From NCBI GenBank assembly GCA_030141605.1, contig JAQGDQ010000042.1, positions 124,001-188,000 of the forward strand: a DNA stretch of 64,000 bases, given 5' to 3'. A program made the position numbers and the translations under genes. A model generated the notes under the pieces. The model saw nothing but the letters and a program-made list of their open reading frames with translations. It searched no databases and was not told where the DNA came from. The stretch is from Tubiluchus corallicola (taxonomy: Eukaryota; Animalia; Priapulida). Of this stretch, positions 52,201-64,000 are shown in pieces. The first letter of the stretch is position 1. Each line of letters begins with the position of its first letter.

Positions 52201-55072
52201 TCTGCAGATTTGTCAGAACAGTCCCTGTCCCGGTATTCAACTCTCTCGTGCGATACGTAGAAATATAGACAGTCTTTTCCATCAATTTCATGAGGATATG
52301 GTGCAATCTCCTCTCCAGTTGTTCGCCAAAACCATGTTCCATTTATTTCATGTCCACTCAACGTGATGTAACGACCTCCAGCTTTATGAAATAGTAATTG
52401 CTTTTCCAATTAAGATTATGATATTATAATCTTAATATATAAAGCCACAAATTATTGTGAGTGGTGTTACACCGCACTAAGGCAATCAAAGGAGGCTTAC
52501 TAAACTGGATTTGTACCACAAAGTTTAAACAATACTCATCTTGTTTAAGTAATATTAGCAACATATCAGTAGTTCTCGCTGGCTCTATTCCTAACCCAAT
52601 TTTTCCTTTTTTTCGATTTAGTCACAAGTTAAGTAAAAGCCAAAGTCGAATGTAGTCTACATACAATAGTCTGTCGCCTAAAATAACTGAAAGCAGAGAA
52701 AAGGAGGCGTCTATGCACGACTGTTTACATTACCGAAAAGATACAAGACGCGTTGTGGGTTTTCTTAATGTATTTTGCATATGTAATGACTTTATCCACT
52801 TGTACTTCTGTTTACATTACATATGGACTTGGACTCAATTTCCATGTCATTAATAACACATTACCGGGACTCGCGTGTGGAATAAAAGGTACTTGGTCAG
52901 GGTAGCAGAGGTTTAGGGAAAACCCTATACGGGTGCGTGATCCGTTCATATGACAAACTAAATGCGGGTACCGACTATGCACATCTGAAAGACTGAAACC
53001 CCATGCAGGATATATTCGCAGAAGGCCCAGTATACCCAAAGTGGCCTTTCTAGCCATTTGGCTCTTTACGTTAGTTCCTGATCTAAAATGTCCACAATGG
53101 ATAGAGTATTTTTTATCTAGTGCAAACACCGTTATGACCCCCAGGTAAAAATAAAATGCCTTCATGCACTAATGCATTACCTCTATGCTCTTTTTTTAGC
53201 CAGTCGTGTACGGTGTCATACTGACCAGGAGTCTCCAGATCTGCTAAATGAACCTCATGTCCAATTTTACTGCACTCTACCATTGCCTTTAGTTGGCTTT
53301 TTGAACCTTGATACATCTTGTAACACAAAGCCGTTTCATTTGACCCTGCTGTCGGTATATGTGGAAACCAGTGGTCTGGACAACCTACAAAATTGTGACA
53401 TTTTATAGTATCAAACTAAAACAGCAAATACCTGGCAATGCACCTTGTGTGTTACACGACCACTAAACATAGAAAATAATTCTTAATACTAGGCGTTATC
53501 AACTGTTTTTCACTTTCTTAAACAATTACTGATCAGTTATACATTTTATACATAGTTAGATATCTTAGAAGGCGTTTTTATCTTGCACTAGATGATTCGA
53601 GAATACCTGCAAATGTTTGCGAAGTTACTTCTGGAGTAGGTATGGATGTTGCTATTGATATTGGTGTTGACGATGTTTCTGTTGTTGCGTTTGTTGAAGT
53701 AACGGTTGTTTCTTCAGTTAGATTCGACGGCCATTGGTAAGTACTTGTTCTTAAAGGCGGTATCCAAATAATGACGAAGTACAAAGTAAGAACCTGAAAA
53801 TTCAAACAAAACAAAACAAAGCTACTTGTGATGATCGGTTATACCACCCATCATTGTCGCAACACCTATTTTGATATATCTTTCGTATGTTGTTGCGTGC
53901 GCATAAATAATGATCTAAGTACCTGATTGATTTATTGCACTGTTTATTTAAACTTATATTACATTGTGTGTTTTTGTAAGATTTTGACACCAGATGGCTC
54001 TGGCCGCTTATTTCTCTGCTTACCTGTAATTAGGTTACCTCAAAATTCGAATACCAAATGGCTTCAACCTGTTTTGGGATCTTACTACAGAGTTTGTGTT
54101 TTACACTAGTTATGTTCTGACTGTCGAGGTTACAGGGTGGTGGAGTTTTGCTGGTTAGTCCACATCCTGAGGTTATTTTATATGGCTGTACACCAAGTTT
54201 GGTGTAAACCTGTTTTTAATGGTACTCGTATGCAGTGAGATGATTTGTCACAAAGACAATGGTTTTGTCTACTTTAGTTTATTCGTTGTTTGCTGTGATG
54301 GCACTGTCTTGACATTCCAAGAAGCAAGTGTTTGGTAATCATATTTCCACCTGGAGAATAGGACTCAAATTCTCGCTCAATAGTAGTGGAAAACCAGTCG
54401 AGGACCAGTTCTACCTGGACCAATGGTCTGTCTGTTCGTCTGAACTAAAGGTTCTGTTTGTCACCCTGCAAAAGGACGACATCTGGCTTTATCACTGGAA
54501 GGCTGAGGCAACCAGGTACGAGTTCAATTGCCGGATTGCTGGAGCAGTTTTAAAGCGTGGTCCATGCAGAGGCTGAATTGGTGACCATTGGCAAAGAGTT
54601 GCTGGCAAGGACGTGGCTGACTGCTGGAGATGAAAAGCCGATGCGGTATGGTTGGAGACTAAAGAGCGTGGTTGATAGATCCGGAAGCCTGATGAGAGAC
54701 AGAAGCGTAGCTGGCCAACGTTACTTTTGGGGGAATTAGGTATTGTTGGAAATTGTTATCAATTTAATTTGCTATTGTTGTTTCACTGATTAAATTCTAA
54801 ATCTAAATATTAGCTTTTAGTTCCGTTCTCGTTCTGATTAAATAATTTGCACGTGCACACAAGTGTTTCACCAGTGACACGGATTCACGTAGTCTACACA
54901 AATGAATGATTATCCTGTAGATTTAGCATATAAAAGTGACGGAAACGCTCGAGAACCCTGAACACAGTACTCTGATTTCTTAACGTCCTGACTTAGTTAT
55001 TACACGGCGTCACACTACTAATACAATTTCGAAACTGCAAATTATACACTTTACACGATGTAATTTAATTCA

Positions 55073-55112
<40 letters not shown>

Positions 55113-57684
55113 CGTTAATTCCATTATTAATAATAAGGGCAAGCAGGCATTTCCAGACGAATTCAGTATTCTTCTTGATAAGTTTAAATACTATGGTCTC
55201 ACAGAGAGATCTATCTTACTATTTATCAAGTAGAAAACAGTTTGTCGAATTTAAAAATTGTCAGTCTAATCTAGGAGTACTTACTGCAGGTGTACCCCAA
55301 GGATCTGTCCTGGGTCCACTTTTATTTCTAATTTACTTTAACGATATTGTTACCATTAGTTCATTATTTCATGCTATATTATACGCCGACGACACTTCAT
55401 TCATTGGAAATTTATACTCCTTTGGTTCTCACTCCTATGATATATCTGTTGGACTTAATAATGAAATAAAGAAAATAAATGAATGGCTCAAATCCAACAA
55501 ACTTTCGCTGAATATTGAAAAAACCGAATTCATGTTATTTCGCAGTCATCATAACAAAAATGCCCTCACCTTGAATTTAAACATGGATCTAATCTATAGC
55601 AAGTATCATCCCTCTCTTTTCTAGGCCTTACCATAGATGAACACCTCTCTTGGTCCAATCATATTCAATTAATCGCCTCTAAAATATCACGTTCCGTTGC
55701 TTAATGAGCAAACTAAAATACATGATTCCCCAATCGATTTTACTAATTTTGAACATTCACTAGTAATGTCTCGTGTGTCTTATCTATTACTGAACTGGAG
55801 CCAATCAGCAAACTGGGACAACAAGAGAATGTCCAAGCTTCAAGAAAGAGCAATTAGAATAATGGACTAGCTCCACACCTCAGTCATACCGAACCTCTTT
55901 TCCGCCAATTTAAAGTGCCGAAGCTTGAACATTTACTTGCTCTCACCCTACAAGAACTAGTGAAACTATATGTCCACCTAACTTATACTACCTTGCATTG
56001 TTTATTTGGCATTGTGATTTCTTTATAATACCAGTTGAAAATATTCACACTGCTCAGCAGCTATTTCTTCTAGAAAAAATGATTTTAGGAACTGTTTATT
56101 TTTACATTTTGTGAATCATGAACTCTAGAAAAGTTAACAGCAAACAGTACGGCTATCCTTTTAAGCTACCAGATAATTAATTGCCAACAGTTGAAAATGT
56201 TCTACAGCATTATCAATTCAAGATGGAGGCCCAGTCAGAGAAGGATCCAGGACACAGATTTGTTGCATAGCAGAAGAGATTGTAGCACAAGGTGTATTCA
56301 CTGTATATGTTTTTGATGAGATAAGAGATTACTTGCTAAAGAAAATCGTCTTCTTTCACCACCTCAAAGTTACATGATGCAATGGGACTAATGGAAACAC
56401 TGGAAAAACAGAATAGACATACGTTTACTATAAGCAGGCCAGTTCAATGGTCAGTTTGCATGCAACACGTGAACAAGTTATTGCCGAGACACCTTTAACC
56501 TTAAGTAAACTCTCATTTCATCAAAAACTACCAAGGAGGCACATATGGTGGAATCCAGTGCGGGTCAGAAGACCTCTATCTTGCATGGTTTGAGGAACTT
56601 GTTTGGTCAGTTGTTGTATCAAAGTTGATTTTACCATCCATCTCAAGCATAGTTTTTGTGGACGTGAAGGCTTTGTTTTATTATTTTCAGGCACTTTGTC
56701 CAGCCCATATGGAATCTTATGCAACTCTGTCATAATCCTTTTAATAGTGCCTTTAAGTATTATTGTGGCAATTGATGTTATTGCATATATAACAAATACA
56801 CATTGTGCTACAATCTCTTTTGCTATGCAACAAATCTGTGTCCTTTATCCTTCTCTGACTGGGCCTCCATCTTGAATTGATAATGCTGTAGAACATTTTC
56901 AACTGTTGGCAACTAATTCTGGTAGCTTAGAATGATAGCCGTACTGTTTGCTGTTAACTTTTCTATAGTTCACAAAATGTAAAAATAAACAGTTCCTAAA
57001 ATCATTTTTTCTAGAAAAAATAGCTATTGAGCAGTGTGAATATTTTCAATATTATATTATATTATATATATATACCAACTGATATTATAAAGAAATCACA
57101 ATGCCAAATAAACAATGCAAGGTAGTGCTATTGTTGTTTAGAACAAATTGGGGCTTACATTCTAATGTAGCAGCTAGAAAAATCCATAAAGGGGTAATTT
57201 TAAAAGCATTAGTTAAGATATGGCGATGTATGTATAAAATACGCACATTTTTAAATGTCGCAGATACAACTTCCTAACATGCAAAACTGTCACAGTTCTA
57301 TGTGCGATAACTATTAATCATTGCAAACTACTGGTGAAAATTGCTATGTCAGTGGAGTGGATATAATAGCTTTTAAGATTCGTCAAATTACTACACAAAT
57401 GAGCATAATTCAGAAATCTTAAGATGAGTGGAGACACGTGTTTTCATAGCTTAATCTAACTGAAAATTTACCCATGTTAGTATCTCATTAAACCTCCAAA
57501 GTAGGAAAAGTCATAAAAAGATTGGATAAAAAAAGTTATTTTCACCACATCCTAATATACATACATATATATATTGTATAGTTGTTACTGAAAAATCTGT
57601 TACCTTAAAGGTGTTAGTCAAAGTTTCCAGTGAAGTCATGCTTGAGAACTGTTGCACGGTCGTAGGATGTCTATCATCCATCAT
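49218..57684 (-). CDS. Secreted C-type-lectin-domain / mucin-like protein, ~840 aa; exons 57684-57604, 53793-53607, 53384-53181, 52381-52178, 51064-49218
   Basis: In-frame chain (2523 nt): hydrophobic signal-like segment (FKVLTLYFVIIWIP), T/S-rich linker, CTLD split over two exons (CPDHW..CYK..C..HLA../..W.W..DC...DRDC...FYLCE), then ~600 aa of Thr/Ser-rich mucin. First exon and 3' end are less certain. Confidence 0.75.
50140..50640 (-). repeat. Coding tandem repeat, 48 bp / 16 aa (ATDSPTFGTNAKEVTT), ~10 copies incl. degenerate ends
   Basis: TTGCATTGGT..AAACGTAKGTGAGTCTGTTGCAGTC recurs with a 48-nt period. Confidence 0.95.
51268..51721. repeat. Direct tandem duplication of a 226-bp intronic segment
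   Basis: GAATGGGTTATAACGCAAATG...AAAAAACACTGC starts at 51268 and again at 51494 with no visible differences. Confidence 0.92.
51801..52073. repeat. Minisatellite, 31-bp unit ATGATGATAAACCACAGTGGTGAAGTGATTT, ~8-9 copies
   Basis: AACCACAGTGG recurs at 51874, 51905 etc. with moderate divergence. Confidence 0.9.
55150..55960 (+). mobile_element. CR1/L2-clade LINE reverse transcriptase fragment (pseudogenised)
   Basis: YLSSRKQFV...GVPQGSVLGPLLFLIYFND...LYADDT...WLKSNKLSLN.EKTEFM, followed in shifted frames by FLGLTIDEHLSWSNHI, LQERAIRI and HTEPLF; preceded by (TA)n at ~55076-55107. Confidence 0.9.
55987..57554. mobile_element. DNA-transposon relic (hATm-like) with a ~310-bp inverted duplication (55987-56298 vs 56795-57126)
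   Basis: Arms are near-identical reverse complements and encode LPTVENVLQHY...AKEIVAQ-like transposase N-terminal remnants; the terminus at 57554 reads TAGGATGTGGTGAAAA on the minus strand. Confidence 0.55.
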
Positions 57685-58950
57685 CTCCTGCGAATAATCT
57701 TGGAGCAGTAACGTACCTAGTTACCAATCTTGTAATCAATAACAATTGATTTTCTAATTAATCAGATATACTACTTTAAACAAAGTTTCGCACATTTTTG
57801 TGTAAACTAGATCGCTTACAGGCATAGTTCAAGTTTACCCAGCAGTTTGTGCCAATTTTGTGCGCATGGTATCATAGCGACTTATTAATCATTAAATTAG
57901 CAACGATCAACTTGCAAAGCAAATGTTTATCTTGAACGTTGGAACTGTTCATTGCAAATGAATGAGTACTGATGAATGTGCTTGAAACATTGAAGTGTTT
58001 CCCAATTTTGAGAATTCAGTTATTCAGCAACTTCAATATTAGGACTTGGTAGGGTAAAAATGTCAAGGCGGTCGCAATTTTTATGACATCATACAATAAG
58101 TCATCAAACACATTGTTTTTCAACCATCCTAGTTGCACAAATTTATAGGTAGTATCTAATGAGTAGCGTTTAAACGAAGTTACCACATTTTAATTTGATA
58201 TATTTCACTCTGTGTTAAAGTCGTCGTTTTGTTTTCTGATGTTATTATCAGGACAGAGATCAAAACAGAACAGTTATAGGCTGTTTAACAGTACGATATT
58301 TTTTGTGCAGAGAAGGCAGATAAAAGGTGCAACAATGGTCATATATGCTAACAAACATTTTGGAATACTGAACTGCTGGTGGCATCTCGCCACCTGGGGT
58401 GGTTCGTGCCTGCAGGTTCGGAGGCGGAGCAGCTTAATAATGATTTCCACATAATCACAATTAAACAAAACTGAATTAAATAACGCTGAAGATTTAACTG
58501 GAAAGAGATTTAAATATTCAAGGCTTAAACTAACTATGACAAGATTTTAAACAAATTAAAGAAAACCAGAACAAAGAAATAAAGCCTCCCTTTATAACCT
58601 AGCGCAAACTAGTGTATATGTCAGAAATAGAGCCAAAATAAAACCTGATTGGTTGAAAGCAAAAAGGTGTGAGGATTTAGCCAATAAGAACCGAAATATT
58701 TGTAGAAGAATAATTTAGAAGACTTATGTTTGAACTACTGGTATTTTTAGGGGTGACCAGCAACACTAGTTTGGTAACCATGCGATACTTTCGAATAAAG
58801 GTAGAGGTTGTGCAGAGTGGGCCGCCCAAGCGCCTGCGCTACAATACGTTACGCGTTATCCACCTGCGGAATGGCTGCGTATAGAATAACGCATAACGCA
58901 CGATTATAACGGATGCACAAAAGCATTATAAGTCGGTTTCATATATATAT

Positions 58951-58992
58951 AAATCGGTGTAAGTGACGTTTACCTAGCATCCGGAACGCATA

Positions 58993-59032
<40 letters not shown>

Positions 59033-59074
59033 TATGCGTTCCGGATGCTAGGTAAACGTCACTTACACCGATTT
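58951..59074. repeat. Perfect ~124-bp palindrome with (AT)n centre, within a Harbinger-like MITE (~58962-59130)
   Basis: AAATCGGTGTAAGTGACGTTTACCTAGCATCCGGAACGCATATGC-(AT)n-GCATATGCGTTCCGGATGCTAGGTAAACGTCACTTACACCGATTT; related TIR GATGCCAGGTAAACGCCACT ends at 59130. Confidence 0.9.
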
Positions 59075-59872
59075 TATCTATTCCCCATCCGCATAAAGCA
59101 TACGCATACAGATGCCAGGTAAACGCCACTCTAGAAAAAACTTAAACACTCTGAAACGAGTGAGTTCAATATGAAAGAATTTTCATTTTAGCGTAGCTGC
59201 CGACGCGAAACGTTCCACACTAGCGAACTTACTACGTTTTACACACGACTAATTTATGAAAGGCAATTCCATTTCAATTGCGACCTCCGTCGTAGTTTTA
59301 TTCATACATTCATTCAATAAACGACTTTCAGACACTCGTGGGTCTGTTGCGGGGGCGTAAACACAATAAAAAACGACGTCACCTTTGACATCCCGGTGAA
59401 AGATCAAGAATAATTTTCGAACAATGTGTTGAGGTATTCCATTGATGAATTTAACGTAAATTTATCTGAGGCCTTGAAGACTAGCGTACTGCCTGTTGAA
59501 CTAGGCTATTAAATACACACAATCTGGGGTTGACGTCTTGTCCTACTATTTAGATGCAACTATAAGATGGCATATGACCTTGACTCTAGATTATCCGACC
59601 AAAACGTGTAATTTGTTGAGAAACTATTTAAAAAGATCCGAAGTTTCACACTTTCAGTACGGCATAAAAATTTTAGCGTGAATACAAGTTTAATATACAT
59701 GAATGCTGTTACCTGTTAGATAAAAAATTAGTTGCACATTTGCAGTATACTAAAATCTGCGTTTAATAAGGAATACTAAGCCGTTATTTCTGTGATATAT
59801 CCAACTGTGATACAGAAAGTATTAAAATTGTGTTAAAATTTTAATTGTTGGTAAATTTTTAAACTTCACATA

Positions 59873-62800
59873 ATGGCGAATCAGTATTTTAATGAGCTTA
59901 GATCATCTTGCAACTTTTACGTTATGTTGGCATTGTTCATGGCGATTGTGACAAGTGTTTTTACCGGATGTCTGCAAGCAGCTCCTATAGCAAAGCGCGA
60001 AACAATACGCGCGGTGGATATGCCATTAATGGTGAGATATAATATCATAATAATTACGCTTTTGTAATACTGCCTTCAGCCTAAAAATCGTAGTACACTT
60101 GCACTAAAGAGCAGGAAGAGAGTAGAGCGCTTCACTCATGTGAGTAAACGGCTGCCTGATTATTAACAAGTTTAAAAGGAAGAAGGAAGTAATGCTAATA
60201 AAACCCAGTGGCAACATGAAATGGGTATTTTTATTATAACATAATACGAGAATTACATGTAAGATTGTACGAACTTGAAACTGCAACATATGTGATAATA
60301 GTTATTTATAATATTAATTTTAAGATTATTATGAATAATGGAACAAGTCTACAATTGTTGAATTTTGAAATCGAGCTTGGCTAGAAGCAAGAATGTGGAG
60401 CACAGCCTGGATTTGAACCAAGGCCCTTCCGCTTACCCAACCAGAGGACACAGAAGTCTAGTGATTATGGCATTCGCCGGGTAAGCAGAAGGCCGTTATT
60501 TCAAGTCCAGTTTGTGTCCCCCCCATCTAATTCTGGATTCAAAAAACTCACTTAAGGGTACATTCTTTCTACCAAACATGTATGTTCTGTCATTTTTACC
60601 ATTTTGATATAAATGTGTATTTCATGATGGTGAGTCCGTGTTCTCGGTGGTGTATACTCGTGGTCTGTTCTCTCTTCTGGCACTGACGCCCCATCTAAAT
60701 CCAAACATTCCATAATGGACGACTATATTTTTCTTTTTGCTGGTTCTTTTTTGAGTTTAATCTGCCACAGTAATGCGCAAATTCCATTTTTAATTAAACT
60801 TAAATTTGCAGTTTTCAATATCGTTGAATAATAACCTCTACCTATAAATTTCGTATTTTAGTTTATTTTTTACTTTTATTGAGATTAATTCTAGTTTTAA
60901 TGTGTCTTTGATTTCTGCTACACAATTTTTCTAACATTTCAAAGAATTTTGTGCATTGTAAATAAATTTTTACTAGTGCTGGCTGTCTGCTGTTATGATG
61001 GTTATAATAGCATCAACAGCGGCAACAGTGACGATAGTAGGTAGTGGTAGTCTGAATCTTAGTGGTGATGGCGGTGGTAGTGATGGCGGTAGCAATAGTA
61101 ATGATACGCGCAGGCCCAAAATAATGATGATCGCAAGTAATTTTATCTATGAGCTTACCTCCCAGACCGTCTATGCGTTTATGTGTAGAAGGCTGGTAAG
61201 CATTCGAGGCAAATTTATTCGTTCATGTTATTTGTTTAGAATTCCGGTTTATGGCTACCACGTCAGTATTTTTTCATTAAGTTATAAGTAAACTTCACTT
61301 AGAAGCAGACAAGGTTAAGCTAAATTAGAGTATGTAGACTGCCCGAGTAGGCTGGTATTAGACTTTTTGGCTAACAAATATGCTGGCTGTAAGCGATGTG
61401 GACCGCCAGCCTCCAGCACACCTGGCAGTGAGCAGTTGCACACAGTATAGATAGAGACGTCTGAAGTGGGATTGAATGCGGCATAACAGGGTTAACCCAG
61501 TAGTTGCCGCCTCTGCCTAGCATTTAATAGTTATGTGTGCGACACCTTGTACAGGTATTCAGGGAAGGCTTGTGATTTTAATCTCGGTGCGGGCCATAAT
61601 TTTGATTGTATGATCTTTTTAATTATGATGATGATGATGACTGTGATAATGTCTTATAACGGCATGTTCTTGTGTTTCTTTCATCCTTTTATACTGTATC
61701 CTCCATCCTGCACATTATCAGATTTATGCGTCACCTATTGCATAGTCCGCCGTAACATCAACAGTAAGACGTTGGTAACATCAGTAGTAAGACGATTTTT
61801 ATTCCTTGTGTGTAACTCTACCGGCATTTTCTGATCACTCGATCTTTGCCTATAACACCCAACATTTTTACCTCAATATAGCACTTTTTCTTCCAGATCG
61901 AGTTAAGCAATATTTTCCCAAGCAACTTATTAAACTCTTATTTTTGGCAGGGTGTCAGACGTTCGAAGAACTAACTTATGGGTTCAGGTCAAGCAATATC
62001 TGAGTAGTATGTTACTCCAGCGCTTGTAGCACTGTTCTCAGTCACACAGGGCATTGCGATCCAGCACCATCTCAACCTAATGCCACTCTAGGCAAAAAAC
62101 TAGTCAAAGCGCTTGCCTCACACAAAACTTAGTCAATACCAAAGGCTCTTTGATGTCCCCTCAGGTCAAATTTGTGTCTCACCAAACTTGAATATATTGA
62201 CACACTCTACATGTTTACTTTTCAAATGATCTCACCTGTCTTGATAGTTTGGCTGCCACCTTCTTCCTTCATCTCATTCCCTGTGTCATTGGCAACGTGG
62301 ATGTTATTTGTTTTCAAAAACGTTACGTATTAATGATGTTAATAAGATCCGAAATAACTCGGTGCGCAACTGGGACACAGGATTGTGGACAAGCTGTTTC
62401 TTTTGCCCTGTCTCCATGGGAACCTTGAATTGCTCTTGACTACCAAGGCTAGGAACATCACTGAAGCAGGTAGCTAGTTGGCACGTAAAGTATTGTGCGG
62501 CTTTTAGAAGACACATATCCTGCCAGCCTAAACAGAATTCAAATTTTGTTAAGAGTATCTTGTTCTCACTATGGGACTCAATTCCTTGATAGTATTTACA
62601 GGACAGACTTCGTCTACTACATTCTGAGTAGGGCCCCAGTAATACATCTAGCCATCTAGCCACACAACATGACTAATAGTCTAGCTATGCTATTATATCC
62701 TCAGATTCTGTCCCTGGCTGAGCTCAAGTTTGACTTCTGTGACTGGTGGTCACTCGCCATTATTGCTGGAGTAGATGGACCTGACAAGGACTGACAGAAT

Positions 62801-64000
62801 TTCAGATCTCCAGTGATAATGCCACCATTTACACAGTACCATTTTAGAGGCTGGAGACACTTCGCTCGCGAGTGTTTCGTTCATTCGATCTCATTATCTG
62901 TTGTTCACGACGCACGTTTCTTACCCAAGGATTTCTAACACCTTTATTCAAATCAGCCAAGTTTCTCTTCAGTGTCACGTAGTCAGATTATCAAGGTGAA
63001 CCCTCTTCTTTCCCACTTTCCTTTAAATTTGTGACTCTCTTATAAATTTGAAATAACAGAGAGATTTGTGGGAATTGATAGAACCTTGCGTGACGTTTCT
63101 CTGGGGAATCGGTTGGTTATGTTTTTGGTAGCGGGTGAAGTAGAATTTACTTATTAAAACACATGCAGCTTCAATTCGAGTTACTTAAACCGATTTATGT
63201 TTCATTTATAATATATTCCGATACATTAAATAGCATGTTTCATTTTGTGTTTAGTGTGATAAAAGTTTACATTCCTAAAATTAATAGTATTTTAATGTTT
63301 CCAAAGACAAAGGCAAAAAAGGCAAAGGCAACATTTATTTACCGTCGCTAATTTAACAGACAACATGTAAAAGCACTAACAGCTATTTAGCAACTTACAC
63401 AAGTACGCAACACACAAACAACGAATAACGTGTAAGGTATATACCCTGGCGTTGGCAGCCGTTAGTTTCGAGTTCAAGACTGTATTAGCATGATAGAATA
63501 TGTATCAATAAGCAATTATGTATCCAGTTAATTGTAATTTCGTGTATGCAGGAATATATGGTAAAATATGGTTATCTTCTCGACAAGGACTCATCGCGCA
63601 ATGAAATTGAACAAGGAATAACGTAAGTTTTGTTTTTTTGTTCATTCGATGTTCGTGTTGTCACCGCCATCGCTGTCACAAACCACCTCTAACACCGCCA
63701 CTGCCGCCGCCACCTCCAACACCGTCACCGGCACCGCCACCAAAACCACCACAATTGCCGCTGCCACAGCTGCAGCCACTACCATCATCATCATCATCCA
63801 TCGTCGTCGTCGTCGTCGTCATCATCATCATCATTAAACAGTAACCATTGTTTACATTCTTCAGTGCATCTGACAGTGAAACGAAGAATTAATCGTTTTT
63901 GTCGACATTATTTTTTGTACGCAGACAACTAGAAAAAGTGGCTAATGAGATTGGGAAATCATCCGAAGAATTTATTCAAGAACCAAGATGTGGTAACCCT
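59873..64000 (+). CDS. Matrix metalloproteinase (matrixin, M10A), 5' part; exons 59873-60031, 63552-63622, 63925->64000
   Basis: Exon 1 encodes a signal peptide (MLALFMAIVTSVFTGCLQA-API); exon 2 EYMVKYGYL is the pro-domain helix motif; exon 3 ends with the cysteine switch PRCGNP at the window edge; splice phases agree. Confidence 0.88.
60397..60520. repeat. Inverted pair of tRNA-like (SINE-head) sequences
   Basis: CACAGCCTGGATTTGAACCAAGGCCCTTCCGCTTACCC vs GGGTAAGCAGAAGGCCGTTATTTCAAGTCCAGTTTGTG; the left arm read on the minus strand gives a B-box GGTTCAAATCC. Confidence 0.5.
63660..63836. repeat. Compound trinucleotide low-complexity tract (CCG/CCA/CAT/CGT) in MMP intron 2
   Basis: Directly visible; explains the poly-P/poly-H/poly-R ORFs in the track. 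Confidence 0.9.

Noticed and set aside
54300-54740. GC-richer segment with short ORFs
   Set aside because: No recognisable motif or splice support; likely a decayed retroelement fragment.
59873-60067. Signal peptide + KR, initially read as a neuropeptide precursor
   Set aside because: Donor at 60032 splices in frame to YGYL and PRCGNP exons, so it is an MMP.
61300-62900. GC-richer stretch in MMP intron 1, possible old LINE (SDH-like motif on the minus strand near 62750)
   Set aside because: Too degenerate to assign without a profile search.
63638-63844. Poly-Pro / poly-His ORFs
   Set aside because: Trinucleotide low-complexity intron sequence between two MMP exons.

Overview
AT-rich, intron-containing invertebrate animal genomic DNA, not prokaryotic. 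The ORF track catches only fragments of spliced genes, so I rebuilt the exon chains by hand. In order: METTL16 (+, 7 exons), ODAD1/CCDC114-CCDC63 family outer-dynein-arm docking protein (+, 10 coding exons, RFX X-box upstream), GOSR1 (-, 8 exons, last intron U12-type), and a 240-aa CDK-site-rich gene head-to-head with GOSR1 that resembles PIMREG/FAM64A (+, 5 exons, one GC-AG intron). Then BCL7 (-, 9 exons incl. two microexons), an intronless orphan class A GPCR (+), a secreted C-type-lectin/mucin protein (-), and the 5' part of a matrix metalloproteinase (+, runs off the window). Two signals are invisible to the ORF track: a full-length U12 snRNA nested in sense orientation in METTL16 intron 1, and a ~260-bp palindrome in METTL16 intron 2 whose arms each carry a Penelope-type minimal hammerhead ribozyme motif. 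Introns and UTRs hold many MITEs (pogo/Tigger, hAT, Harbinger, piggyBac), LINE relics, tandem repeats and palindromes. All family assignments come from recalled motifs; no database searches were run.
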